Positions 1 through 8,332 of a stretch of 25,076 bases of DNA are shown piece after piece. The translations under genes were made by a program, and so were the position numbers. Every line of letters begins with the position of its first letter. Position 1 is the stretch's first letter. The stretch spans positions 1 to 25,076 of the forward strand of contig JALSTE010000019.1 in assembly GCA_026983855.1 (NCBI GenBank), written 5' to 3'. The notes below the pieces were generated by a model, which had not been told where the DNA came from, ran no database searches, and was given only the letters and a program-made list of their open reading frames with translations. The stretch is from Acidimicrobiia bacterium. GTDB taxonomy: Bacteria; Actinomycetota; Acidimicrobiia; Acidimicrobiales; Poriferisodalaceae.

Positions 1-657
1 GTGGGAGGCGACGTCGCCGGTGAGGAGGTCACGGGTGACTATCCCCGCCGCCCGGCCGTCCTTGACCACCAGCTCCAGCATCTCGCTTCGGGTGTGGAGG
101 GTGACGTTGCCCTGGGCGATCTGGCGGGCCAGGGCCTGGTAGGCACCCAGCAGGAGTTGCTGGCCGGTCTGACCCCGGGCGTAGAACGTACGCGACACCT
201 GGGCCCCGCCGAAGGAACGGTTGGCCAGCAGGCCCCCGTACTCACGGGCGAAGGGCACCCCCTGGGCGGTGCACTGGTCGATGATGTCCACCGACACCTG
301 GGCCAGGCGGTAGGTGTTGGCCTCCCGGCTGCGGTAGTCACCGCCCTTGATGGTGTCGTAGAACAGCCGGAAGACCGAGTCGCCGTCGTTCTGGTAGTTC
401 TTGGCGGCGTTGATACCGCCCTGGGCGGCGATCGAGTGGGCCCGTCGGGGGCTGTCGGCGTAGGTGTAGACGTGCACCTTGTAGCCGAGTTCGGAGAGGG
501 TCGCCGCCGCTGAGGCCCCGGCCAGTCCGGTGCCGACGACGATGATCTCGTACTTGCGCTTGTTGGAGGGGTTGACCAGGCGGGTGTCGAACTTGTGCTT
601 GTCCCACTTCTCGGCGAGCGGGCCGGAGGGAACCTTCGAATCGAGAACGTTGCTCAA
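1..657 (-). CDS. sdhA: Succinate dehydrogenase/fumarate reductase flavoprotein subunit, N-terminal part (truncated by the window edge)
   Basis: Not in the ORF track. Manual translation from TTG at 657 gives [61 protein letters not shown]...[26 protein letters not shown]. This contains the FAD-binding GxGxAG motif and the covalent-FAD histidine motif ([12 protein letters not shown]). An AGGAG SD overlaps the sdhC stop. Confidence 0.95.
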   Translation of the reverse strand, partial: MSNVLDSKVPSGPLAEKWDKHKFDTRLVNPSNKRKYEIIVVGTGLAGASAAATLSELGYKVHVYTYADSPRRAHSIAAQGGINAAKNYQNDGDSVFRLFYDTIKGGDYRSREANTYRLAQVSVDIIDQCTAQGVPFAREYGGLLANRSFGGAQVSRTFYARGQTGQQLLLGAYQALARQIAQGNVTLHTRSEMLELVVKDGRAAGIVTRDLLTGDVASH

Positions 658-666
658 GGGAATCTC

Positions 667-1422
667 CTAGCCGAGTGAGACGATGCCGAACTGGACCGCC
701 AGGGGGTAGCTCACGTTTATCGCCGTGACCGACAGGGCCACCGCGGCGGCGATGTAGGGACGCAGGGTCCTCACCCGCTCGTTGTTCACCCCGATGCTCT
801 GGAACATCGAGGAGGCTCCGTGGAACAGGTGCAGTCCCAGGGCCAGGTTGGCCAGGATGTAGATGATCGCCACCGGCACCCGTTCGAAACTGTGGACCAG
901 GTTGGCGTACACGTCGCCCCGCACGAAGTCGGGGTTCACCGTGCCCCAGGTCAGGTCGGCCAGGTGGAACAGCAGGTACAGGGCGATGACCACACCGGTG
1001 TAGCGCATGGTCTTGGCCGCGAAGTCCACGGCGATGTAGTCCCGGGGGGACTCGTACTTCTCCGGCCGGGCCCGGTGGTTCATGCGGGTGAGGCTGTAGG
1101 CGGAGTGGATGTGCAGGGCGAAGGCGGCGATCAGGCCGAATCTCATGATCCACAGCAGGTGGGTGCGGGGCACCAGGTGACCCCCGAGGTCACGCAGGGC
1201 CTCGCCGTAGCTGTTGATGGATTCGGGGCCGATGTACATCTTGAGGTTGCCCAGGGCGTGGACGATCACGAAGCCCATGATCATCATGCCGGTGATGGCC
1301 ATCACCCACTTCTTGCCCACGGCGGAGCGGTAGAACTGGACCACCCACGGTGCCGGTCGTCGTGGTGAGGGGTTTACCTTCGGACCTCCCCCTCCCGGGG
1401 TGGGTCTGGTGGTGACTGCCAT
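667..1422 (-). CDS. sdhC: Succinate dehydrogenase cytochrome b subunit (single-subunit b558-type membrane anchor)
   Basis: 251 aa with about 5 TM segments, the SAVGKKWVMAITG N-terminal motif and heme-ligand-like His residues in TM helices. It lies directly upstream of sdhA, with a GGAGG SD before the ATG. Confidence 0.93.
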   Translation of the reverse strand: MAVTTRPTPGGGGPKVNPSPRRPAPWVVQFYRSAVGKKWVMAITGMMIMGFVIVHALGNLKMYIGPESINSYGEALRDLGGHLVPRTHLLWIMRFGLIAAFALHIHSAYSLTRMNHRARPEKYESPRDYIAVDFAAKTMRYTGVVIALYLLFHLADLTWGTVNPDFVRGDVYANLVHSFERVPVAIIYILANLALGLHLFHGASSMFQSIGVNNERVRTLRPYIAAAVALSVTAINVSYPLAVQFGIVSLG

Positions 1423-1469
1423 CGGCGTCTGCCTCCGTGATCATGTCGGACACGCCCAGTTGGCGCGCG

Positions 1470-1497
1470 TCGGGCCGGAACGGCGGAACCGGCCCGA
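1470..1497 (-). other. Perfect 9-bp hairpin in the GH2-sdhC intergenic region (5'-UTR hairpin or terminator)
   Basis: TCGGGCCGG (1470-1478) pairs with CCGGCCCGA (1489-1497), 10-nt loop. A possible minus-strand promoter TTCGCC-N18-TACCTT (1531-1502) lies just upstream. Confidence 0.4.
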
Positions 1498-1591
1498 TCC
1501 GAAGGTACTCCCACCGGAGGGGGGCGGCGAACCGAGCGGGGTGGCGGTATCGGTCGGGTGGTGTTTCAGGTGGGGTCCGGTGATCCGGGAA

Positions 1592-3898
1592 CTAGATGGC
1601 GGGGTCGGGGTGGACAGTGGCCACGTAGGTGTTGGACACCCGGATTCGGTCGTCCCCGTCATCCACCCGTAGGGAGAGATCCAGCCTGATCCGTCCCGAG
1701 GTGGCGGGCACCTCGAAGTCCAGGACCCCAGTCCGGGTGACCGAGTCGGCGGGTAGGTCCCCACCGAATTCCCACTTCAACTCGCCCTCCCGCCACGACA
1801 GCCGGACCTCCAGCCCGACCCCGCGCAGCTCCCTTCTGAGATCCGACACCGTGTGCACCCTGAGCCTGAGCCGGGTTCGGGGGGCGATGGGGGAGGGAAT
1901 GGGATCGGCCACGACGATCACCGGCCGACAGGCGTCCCTCAGGGCGGCCCAGCCCTCCTTGGGGACCCGACGGTGATCCAGCACCGAGCATGAGATCATC
2001 GGAGCGGCGTCGGCGAACAGGAACTGGCAGAAGCCGCCGGTGGGTCGGTACTTGAGACGCCGGAGGGTCTCCACCTGTCGGCGGATGAGCTCCCCCTGGT
2101 ACTCACGGGTGGCCCGGGCCCAGCCCTCGAAGTCGGCGTGACCCTCGTGGGGTACGTAGTGGTCGAGGAGTTCGAACTGGAGTCCGTGTCGTCGGGACAG
2201 TTCCTCCCAGTCGAGTCGGGGCCATGAGGGCGGGTCCACGAAAGGGGGGTCAGCCGGCACCGCCTGGGCCCCGAACTCCCCGACGAAGCGGACCAGGCGT
2301 GGCATCCGGGCCGCGAGGGTGGCCAGATCATCCACCCGGCCCTGGAACCAACCGAAGTAGAGATGGCTGTCGGTGCCCGAGAGCTGGGGGGGATGGGGCA
2401 GGACCCCCGAGTGGGGGACCACCGGACGGGAGGGGTCGGCCTTCTCGATCGCCCGGCGGACGGTCCGGTCCAGCACGGTCCGGTTCCAGTTCGGGAGCTC
2501 CTGGGCCATGAGACCGCGACGGAAGAACCTCTTGGTCGGGTCGGCGTCGCTGCGGTGTCCGGGTCGGACATCGGTGGGCACCGGTTCGTTGTGGCCGCAC
2601 CAGATGACGATCGAGGAGTGGTGGGCCAGCATGTCGACCATGGCCCGGGCCTGGCGGGCCGCCTGTTCGCGGATACCACGGGCGTAGCCCCACTGCAGCG
2701 GGAAGTCCTGCCAGATCAGCATCCCCACCCGGTCGGCCTCGCGGTAGAACTCCGGCTTGGTGACGTGCCCGTGCACCCGGACCAGGTCCAGGCCGGTCTG
2801 GACGGCGAGATCGAGGTCCCGGGCGAAGTCGGCCGATCCGGTGGAGGCCAGGTCGGCGTCAACCGGGCCCATGTTGGTGCCCTTGAGGAACATCTGCTCG
2901 CCGTTGACCGAGGCGATCCAGTTGCGGAGCTTGAAGTGGCGCAGACCCATGCGCCGTTTCCGGACGTGACTGAGCCTTCCCGCCAGGAGGACCTCCACCC
3001 TCAGGTCGTACATCGGCTGTCCGCCGAGGGAGTGGGGCCACCAGAGTTCGGGTTCCTCCACCGCCACCCGCCATTCGATGGTGTTGGAACCGGCGGAGAG
3101 GAGATGCTCGTCACCCGTGTCGAGGATGTCGCCCGCGGGGATCGCCCCGGCGGTGTCGATGAGGGTCCGGATGGTCACCGTGTGGGTGGCCACGGAGTCC
3201 AGTTCGGCGTGGAACTGGATGATGGCCCGCTCCTCGTCGGCCTCCACGACCATGCACCGGAGCACTGACAACCTCACCGGTCCGGTCCTCTCCAGTCGGA
3301 CCGGGCGCCAGAGCCCACCGGGGTTCAGATCGGGATCGAGGCAGTCCCAGTGCTGGAGTATTCCGGTGATGTTGCGTTTGGCCCTCAGGTCGGTGGGTCG
3401 GGCGCAGGTGGCTTCCACCGCCAGCAGGTGTTCCGACCGGTCGGCCAGGGCCGGGGTGACCTCGAAGCAGTGGGGCATGAAGTAGCCCTCGGTGTCGCCC
3501 AGGTAGGTGCCGTCCAGCCAGACGTCGCCCTGGTAGCACAACCCGTCGAGGACCAGCCACCGCCTCTCCCCCGGGGCCGGGGACCCGGCCTCGAACCGGC
3601 GGCGGTACAGCACCGCCTCGGCGTCCTCGAACCCGGAGGTGCTCCGCCAGTGCGACGGGACCGCCACGTCCACCCAGTCACCGGGGGTCTCCTCCTCGGA
3701 GAAGGTCCGCCGCAGATCCTCCTCGGCCCGGGCCATGGACCAGACGCCCGACAGATCCCGGCTCGGGGGGCCGCCACCGGAGTTCCGGGCGCCGATGTCC
3801 GACGTCGGTGGTCGGTGGGTGGCCGCGGTGTCGGCTGAATGTCTTCGGGAAACCCCGTCGGGCCGATCAGGTCCGGAGGGAGGGAGGGGATCGGTCAT
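1592..3898 (-). CDS. Glycoside hydrolase family 2 (beta-mannosidase-like); start uncertain (GTG 3958 or ATG 3898)
   Basis: GH2 N-terminal domain (DLSGVW...VPSHW...LDGLCYQGDVWLDG). LWWPHSLGGQPMY, FLKGTN, GLDLVRVHGHV and GMLIWQDFP motifs are present, as are the acid/base motif WCGHNE and the nucleophile region FVGEFGAQA. Confidence 0.85.
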   Translation of the reverse strand: MTDPLPPSGPDRPDGVSRRHSADTAATHRPPTSDIGARNSGGGPPSRDLSGVWSMARAEEDLRRTFSEEETPGDWVDVAVPSHWRSTSGFEDAEAVLYRRRFEAGSPAPGERRWLVLDGLCYQGDVWLDGTYLGDTEGYFMPHCFEVTPALADRSEHLLAVEATCARPTDLRAKRNITGILQHWDCLDPDLNPGGLWRPVRLERTGPVRLSVLRCMVVEADEERAIIQFHAELDSVATHTVTIRTLIDTAGAIPAGDILDTGDEHLLSAGSNTIEWRVAVEEPELWWPHSLGGQPMYDLRVEVLLAGRLSHVRKRRMGLRHFKLRNWIASVNGEQMFLKGTNMGPVDADLASTGSADFARDLDLAVQTGLDLVRVHGHVTKPEFYREADRVGMLIWQDFPLQWGYARGIREQAARQARAMVDMLAHHSSIVIWCGHNEPVPTDVRPGHRSDADPTKRFFRRGLMAQELPNWNRTVLDRTVRRAIEKADPSRPVVPHSGVLPHPPQLSGTDSHLYFGWFQGRVDDLATLAARMPRLVRFVGEFGAQAVPADPPFVDPPSWPRLDWEELSRRHGLQFELLDHYVPHEGHADFEGWARATREYQGELIRRQVETLRRLKYRPTGGFCQFLFADAAPMISCSVLDHRRVPKEGWAALRDACRPVIVVADPIPSPIAPRTRLRLRVHTVSDLRRELRGVGLEVRLSWREGELKWEFGGDLPADSVTRTGVLDFEVPATSGRIRLDLSLRVDDGDDRIRVSNTYVATVHPDPAI

Positions 3899-3948
3899 CG
3901 GGGCGGGGATCTCCTGGTGGGGCTCGGTGGACACCGGGGGGAGGGGGG

Positions 3949-4078
3949 AGGGAGCCACCCTTGACGGTACCGGTAGCGGTGGAACGCCGGTGGGTGTGGC
4001 CGGTGCAGGGGGCAGGGAGCCACCCTTGACGGTACCGGTAGCGGTGGAACGCCGGTGGGTGTGGCCGGTGGAGGGGGC
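3949..4078. repeat. Tandem duplication of a 65-bp unit (2 copies, 1 mismatch)
   Basis: AGGGAGCCACCCTTGACGGTACCGGTAGCGGTGGAACGCCGGTGGGTGTGGCCGGTG[C/G]AGGGGGC at 3949-4013 and 4014-4078. Confidence 0.95.
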
Positions 4079-4112
4079 AGGAGGCCCCGCCGGGGAGGTT
4101 CGGGGGCGGCGG

Positions 4113-4149
4113 TTGTATGTGGTTGAGGTGCGGTTAGCCTGCGGCCATG
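4113..4149 (+). promoter_or_regulatory. Putative housekeeping-sigma promoter giving a leaderless mRNA for the AAA+ ATPase
   Basis: TTGTAT (4113-4118), N16, TAGCCT (4135-4140, TANNNT), then 6 nt to the ATG at 4147. There is no SD. This layout is typical of actinobacterial leaderless genes. Confidence 0.55.
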
Positions 4150-5547
4150 GACAGACCGGGGACCTTGGGGGAGCTGCGGAAGTCGGGATGGGAGTCCGTC
4201 CCGGTGAAGGAGGAGATCCGGCGCAACGCCGTGTCCCGCATCAGGAACGGGGAACCGCTGTTCGAGGGGGTGCTGGGGTATGAGAACACCGTCCTCCCCC
4301 AGCTCGAGAACGCGGTGCTGGCCGGTCACGACGTGATCTTCCTGGGTGAGCGGGGACAGGCCAAGACCCGCATGATCAGGTCCCTGACCGGCCTGCTGGA
4401 CGAGTGGATGCCCATCGTCGCCGGGTCGGAGATAAACGACGATCCCTACGCCCCGGTGTCCCGCCACGCCCGGAGCCTGGTGGCGGAGATGGGCGAACAG
4501 ACCCCGATCACGTGGGTGAACCGCGACGACAGGTTCGGCGAGAAACTGGCCACCCCCGACACCTCGATCGCCGATCTGATCGGCGAGGTGGATCCCATCA
4601 AGATCGCCGAGGGCCGCTACCTCTCCGATGAACTGACCCTCCACTACGGCCTGGTTCCCCGGACCAACCGGGGGGTGTTCGCGCTCAACGAGCTCCCGGA
4701 CCTGGCCGAGAGGATCCAGGTGGGTCTGCTGAACGTGCTCGAGGAGCGCGACGTCCAGATCCGGGGTCACAAGGTGCGCCTCCCCCTCGACGTCATGCTG
4801 GTCGCGTCGGCCAACCCCGAGGACTACACCAACCGGGGACGGATCATCACCCCGTTGAAGGATCGCTTCGGGAGCCAGATCCGCACCCACTATCCCCTCG
4901 ACGTCGACATCGAGATGGACATCGCCCGCCAGGAGATAACCCCCCTTCGGGCCGAGGGTCTCACCACCTCCCTGCCCGACCACATGATCGAGATCGTGGC
5001 CGCCTTCTCCCACGTGGCCCGGTCCAGTCCCCACGTGAATCACCGGTCGGGGGTCTCGGTCCGGATGACGGTGGCCAACCTCGAGGTGCTCATGGCCAAT
5101 GCCGCCCGGAGGGCCCTGAGGACCGGGGAGACCCACGCGGTGCCAAGGGTGAGCGATCTCGACTCCCTGGTGGCGTCCACCGCCGGCAAGATCGAGATCG
5201 ACACCTTCGAGGAGGGTCGGGAGTCCCATCTGGTGGAGCAGATGCTCCGTCAGGCCGTCCTGGAGGTGTTCCGGCGTCACTTCCAACCCCGTGAGTTCGT
5301 CGACGTCCTCACGGCCTTCGAGGCCGGGCGGGTGGTGCACGCCGGTGACGACCTGGCCGCCGCCGACTACGCCGGCCTCCTTTCCGACATCCCCGCCCTG
5401 GCCCCGATGGTCACCCGTCTCGTCGATGGCGAGGACCCGGCCATGGTGGCCAGCGCGGTGGAGCTGATCCTGGAGGGCCTGCACCTTTCCCAGCGCCTGA
5501 ACAAGGACGCCCTGGGGTCACGGGCGACCTACCGGGGTCGGGGCTGA
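4147..5547 (+). CDS. AAA+ ATPase, Mg-chelatase (BchI/ChlI)/MoxR-like, resembling the M. tuberculosis Rv0958 family
   Basis: 466 aa. Walker A GERGQAKT, Walker B-like VFALNE, sensor VASANPEDY, RGRIITPLKDRFG arginine-finger region. A VWA partner gene lies downstream. Confidence 0.88.
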   Translation: MDRPGTLGELRKSGWESVPVKEEIRRNAVSRIRNGEPLFEGVLGYENTVLPQLENAVLAGHDVIFLGERGQAKTRMIRSLTGLLDEWMPIVAGSEINDDPYAPVSRHARSLVAEMGEQTPITWVNRDDRFGEKLATPDTSIADLIGEVDPIKIAEGRYLSDELTLHYGLVPRTNRGVFALNELPDLAERIQVGLLNVLEERDVQIRGHKVRLPLDVMLVASANPEDYTNRGRIITPLKDRFGSQIRTHYPLDVDIEMDIARQEITPLRAEGLTTSLPDHMIEIVAAFSHVARSSPHVNHRSGVSVRMTVANLEVLMANAARRALRTGETHAVPRVSDLDSLVASTAGKIEIDTFEEGRESHLVEQMLRQAVLEVFRRHFQPREFVDVLTAFEAGRVVHAGDDLAAADYAGLLSDIPALAPMVTRLVDGEDPAMVASAVELILEGLHLSQRLNKDALGSRATYRGRG

Positions 5548-5551
5548 CCCG

Positions 5552-6190
5552 GTGCCGGGGGCATCACCGGAACCCCTGGTCCGCCGGGCCCGGGCCGCGG
5601 ATCTGGCCGGTGCGGTGGAGGCCCTCGTGGAGGCCTTCACCAACGACCCGTTCTTCGGTTGGGCCCTCGACCGTGGTACCGGCACCCGGGCCACGGCCGT
5701 GCATCGGACCCGGCTCGGCACCTGGATGCGACACGCGGTCAAGGCCGCCCACGGGATGGGACACTGCTTCTTGGTCGAGGACGAAGCAGCGGGGTCGGCC
5801 CGGGCCGCGGCCCTGTGGGCCCCACCCGACCTGAGCTTCTTCGGGCCGGAGCGGTGGAGCGCGGTCTGGTCGCTCGTCGAGGGCAGCAACGGTCCCCGCT
5901 CGGGTCTGGTCGGGGAGGGGTTCTCCCTCATCGCCGAGCAGCACCCCGAGGTGCCCCACTACTACCTCAGCACGGTCGGCGTCAGGCAGCGGCACCGCGG
6001 TGGGGGCCTGGGCTCGGCTCTGCTCGGACGGGTCCTGTCCGTGTGCGACCGGGAGGGGGTGGGGGCCTATCTGGAGTCGTCCAACCCGGAGAACGTCGGG
6101 CTCTACGAGAGGCACGGATTCAGCGTGCGGGCCGAGTTGACCATGCCGGAGGGACCACTGGTCATTCCCATGTGGCGGGATCCCCGATGA
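5552..6190 (+). CDS. GNAT family N-acetyltransferase (puromycin N-acetyltransferase-like fold)
   Basis: 212 aa. Acetyl-CoA motif A HYYLSTVGVRQRHRGGGLGSALL and AYLESSNPENVGLYERHGF. Starts 4 nt after the ATPase stop. Confidence 0.9.
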   Translation: MPGASPEPLVRRARAADLAGAVEALVEAFTNDPFFGWALDRGTGTRATAVHRTRLGTWMRHAVKAAHGMGHCFLVEDEAAGSARAAALWAPPDLSFFGPERWSAVWSLVEGSNGPRSGLVGEGFSLIAEQHPEVPHYYLSTVGVRQRHRGGGLGSALLGRVLSVCDREGVGAYLESSNPENVGLYERHGFSVRAELTMPEGPLVIPMWRDPR

Positions 6191-8199
6191 CGGGTCGGGG
6201 ACGTTTCGCCTACTCGGCGTGGGACGGAACCCAGGTGGGGTTCAGCTACGACGCCGATGGCCTGCTCGGGGAGATCACCGACGATCTTCTCTACCACGGC
6301 GACATCAACGCCGCCCTCCGCCGGCTCATGCAGGAGGGGATGACCGACGCCGACGGCAACAGGATGCAGGGCCTGAGGGAACTGCTGGAACAGCTCAAGG
6401 CGGAGAGGGCGGCCCGTCTGGACAACTACGACCTGGGCGGCATCTACGATGAGATCTCCGAGCAGTTGGACGAGGTGGTCGAAACCGAACGGGAGGCGCT
6501 GGAGGACTTCCTGGCCGAGGCCCGGATGTCCGATGACGCCCGCCGGGAGGAGATCGCCACCCGCTCCGCCGCCGACCGGCGACTTCAGCTGGACATGCTG
6601 GCCCCGGACCTGGCGGGGAAGGTGAGGGACCTCCAGGCCTATGAGTTCGTCTCCCCCGAGGCCCGGGAGAGGTTCACTGAACTGGTCGAAGAACTACGGC
6701 GGGAGCTGGCCCAGAGTTACTTCGACCAGGTGTCCGGCGCCATGTCGGACATGTCGGCGGAGGACATGGATCGAACCAAGGACATGCTGGCCGAGCTGAA
6801 CCGCATGCTCGAGCAGAGGTCCCGGGGGGAGGAACCGGACTTCGACGGATTCATGGAGCGCTACGGCGACTTCTTCCCCGAGGGGCCCGAGACCCTCGAC
6901 GAGTTGCTGGAGGCCATGGCCCGGCGCATGGCGGCGATGTCGGCGATGTTGAACTCCATGACACCCGAGCAGCGGGCCCAGCTCCAGGGTCTGGCCCAGC
7001 AACTGCTCGAGGACATGGACCTGAGATGGCAGGTCGATCAGCTGGCCGACAACCTGCGCCAGGCCTTTCCCGACGCCGGGTGGGACAACGGCTACCAGTT
7101 CTCCGGTGACAATCCCCTCGGGATGGCCCAGGGCACCCAGATGATGCAGGAGCTGGGCGAGTTGGATCAGCTCCGGCAGTTGCTGCAGTCGGCGTCCACC
7201 CCGGGGGCCCTGGCCGATGTGGACCTGGAGCGGGTCCGGAGGCTGATGGGTGACGAGGCGGCCGACAGTCTGGGTCAGATGTCGGAGATGGCCCGGGCCC
7301 TCGAGCGGGCCGGGTTGCTCGAGTCCCGGGAGGGCCGACTCGAGCTCACCCCGCTGGCCATCCGTCGACTGGGCCGCAACGCCCTCGATGAGCTGTTCTC
7401 CAAGCTGAACCGGGATCATTTCGGTGGCCACCGCATGGATTCTCTGGGTGTGGGTCACGAGAGGGCCTATGAGACCAAGCCCCACGAGTACGGTGACCCC
7501 TTCGCCCTCAACATCGAGCAGACGGTCCGCAACGCGGTGAGGCGTCAGGGGGTCGGCACCCCCGTGACCCTGGCCCCGGAGGACTTCGAGATCGAGCGGA
7601 CCGAGCGGACCACCCGGGCGTCGACCGTGCTCATGATCGACCTCTCGTTGTCCATGCCCATGAGGGACAACTTCCTGCCGGCCAAGAAGGTGGCCATGGC
7701 CCTCCACTCGCTGATCTCGGGACAGTTTCCCCGCGACTACATGGGGATGGTCGGCTTCGCCGAGTCGGCCCGAGAGCTCCGTCCCGAGGAGCTGCCGGAG
7801 GTGTCGTGGGACTTCGCCTACGGAACGAACATGGCCCACGGTTTCATGATTGCCCGGAGACTCCTCGGCCGGCAGGGTGGCACCAAGCAGATAATCATGA
7901 TCACCGATGGTGAGCCCACGGCCCACCTACTCCCCAGCGGTGAGGTCTACTTCAACTACCCCCCGGTCCGGGCCACCGTCGACGCCACGCTCAGGGAGGT
8001 GGCCAGGTGCACCAGGGACGGCATCCGGATCAACACGTTCGTCCTGGACGCCACCAGCTACCTGAGGGAGTTCATGGAGAAGCTCACCCAGCTCAATGGG
8101 GGCCGGGTGTTCTTCACCTCCAACGACTCCCTGGGCGACTACGTGCTGGTCGACTTCGTGGAGAACAGGCGTAAGCTCTCGCACCGCCGCCGGGGCTGA
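6187..8199 (+). CDS. VWA-domain protein with long helical N-terminus (Rv0959-like partner of the AAA+ ATPase)
   Basis: ATG at 6187 overlaps the GNAT stop (ATGA), giving 670 aa starting MTGRGRFAYSAWDGTQ. MIDAS elements LMIDLSLSM (DxSxS), GTN and MITDGEPT are present. The ORF track's start at 5659 is over-extended. Confidence 0.9.
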   Translation: MTGRGRFAYSAWDGTQVGFSYDADGLLGEITDDLLYHGDINAALRRLMQEGMTDADGNRMQGLRELLEQLKAERAARLDNYDLGGIYDEISEQLDEVVETEREALEDFLAEARMSDDARREEIATRSAADRRLQLDMLAPDLAGKVRDLQAYEFVSPEARERFTELVEELRRELAQSYFDQVSGAMSDMSAEDMDRTKDMLAELNRMLEQRSRGEEPDFDGFMERYGDFFPEGPETLDELLEAMARRMAAMSAMLNSMTPEQRAQLQGLAQQLLEDMDLRWQVDQLADNLRQAFPDAGWDNGYQFSGDNPLGMAQGTQMMQELGELDQLRQLLQSASTPGALADVDLERVRRLMGDEAADSLGQMSEMARALERAGLLESREGRLELTPLAIRRLGRNALDELFSKLNRDHFGGHRMDSLGVGHERAYETKPHEYGDPFALNIEQTVRNAVRRQGVGTPVTLAPEDFEIERTERTTRASTVLMIDLSLSMPMRDNFLPAKKVAMALHSLISGQFPRDYMGMVGFAESARELRPEELPEVSWDFAYGTNMAHGFMIARRLLGRQGGTKQIIMITDGEPTAHLLPSGEVYFNYPPVRATVDATLREVARCTRDGIRINTFVLDATSYLREFMEKLTQLNGGRVFFTSNDSLGDYVLVDFVENRRKLSHRRRG

Positions 8200-8332
8200 C
8201 CGCCCCTGAACAGTTACCGCCGAGGTCGCGGACGGTCGGGGATCGATTCCTAACAATGGGTCCGATCGCGGCCGACTCGAACCCCAGGTGTGGACCGCTG
8301 ACGGCCACCCGCCGCCTAGCCTGAGGAACGTC

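Noticed and set aside
3949-4078. 65-bp repeat as a CRISPR array or insertion-sequence remnant
   Set aside because: Two directly abutting copies with no spacer, no cas genes, no transposase and no terminal inverted repeats.
4345-4695. Non-canonical Walker motifs in the AAA+ ATPase (GERGQAKT; ALNE instead of hhhhDE)
   Set aside because: As I recall, these variants are common across this Mg-chelatase-like family, so they are not evidence of a degenerate or novel enzyme here. A family alignment would confirm this.
8265-8290. Minus-strand GGTTCGAGTC resembling a tRNA T-loop upstream of nhaA
   Set aside because: The T-stem does not pair (TGGGG versus CGGCC), and no acceptor, D or anticodon arms could be built. 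I also could not recognise an nhaA-type riboswitch here.
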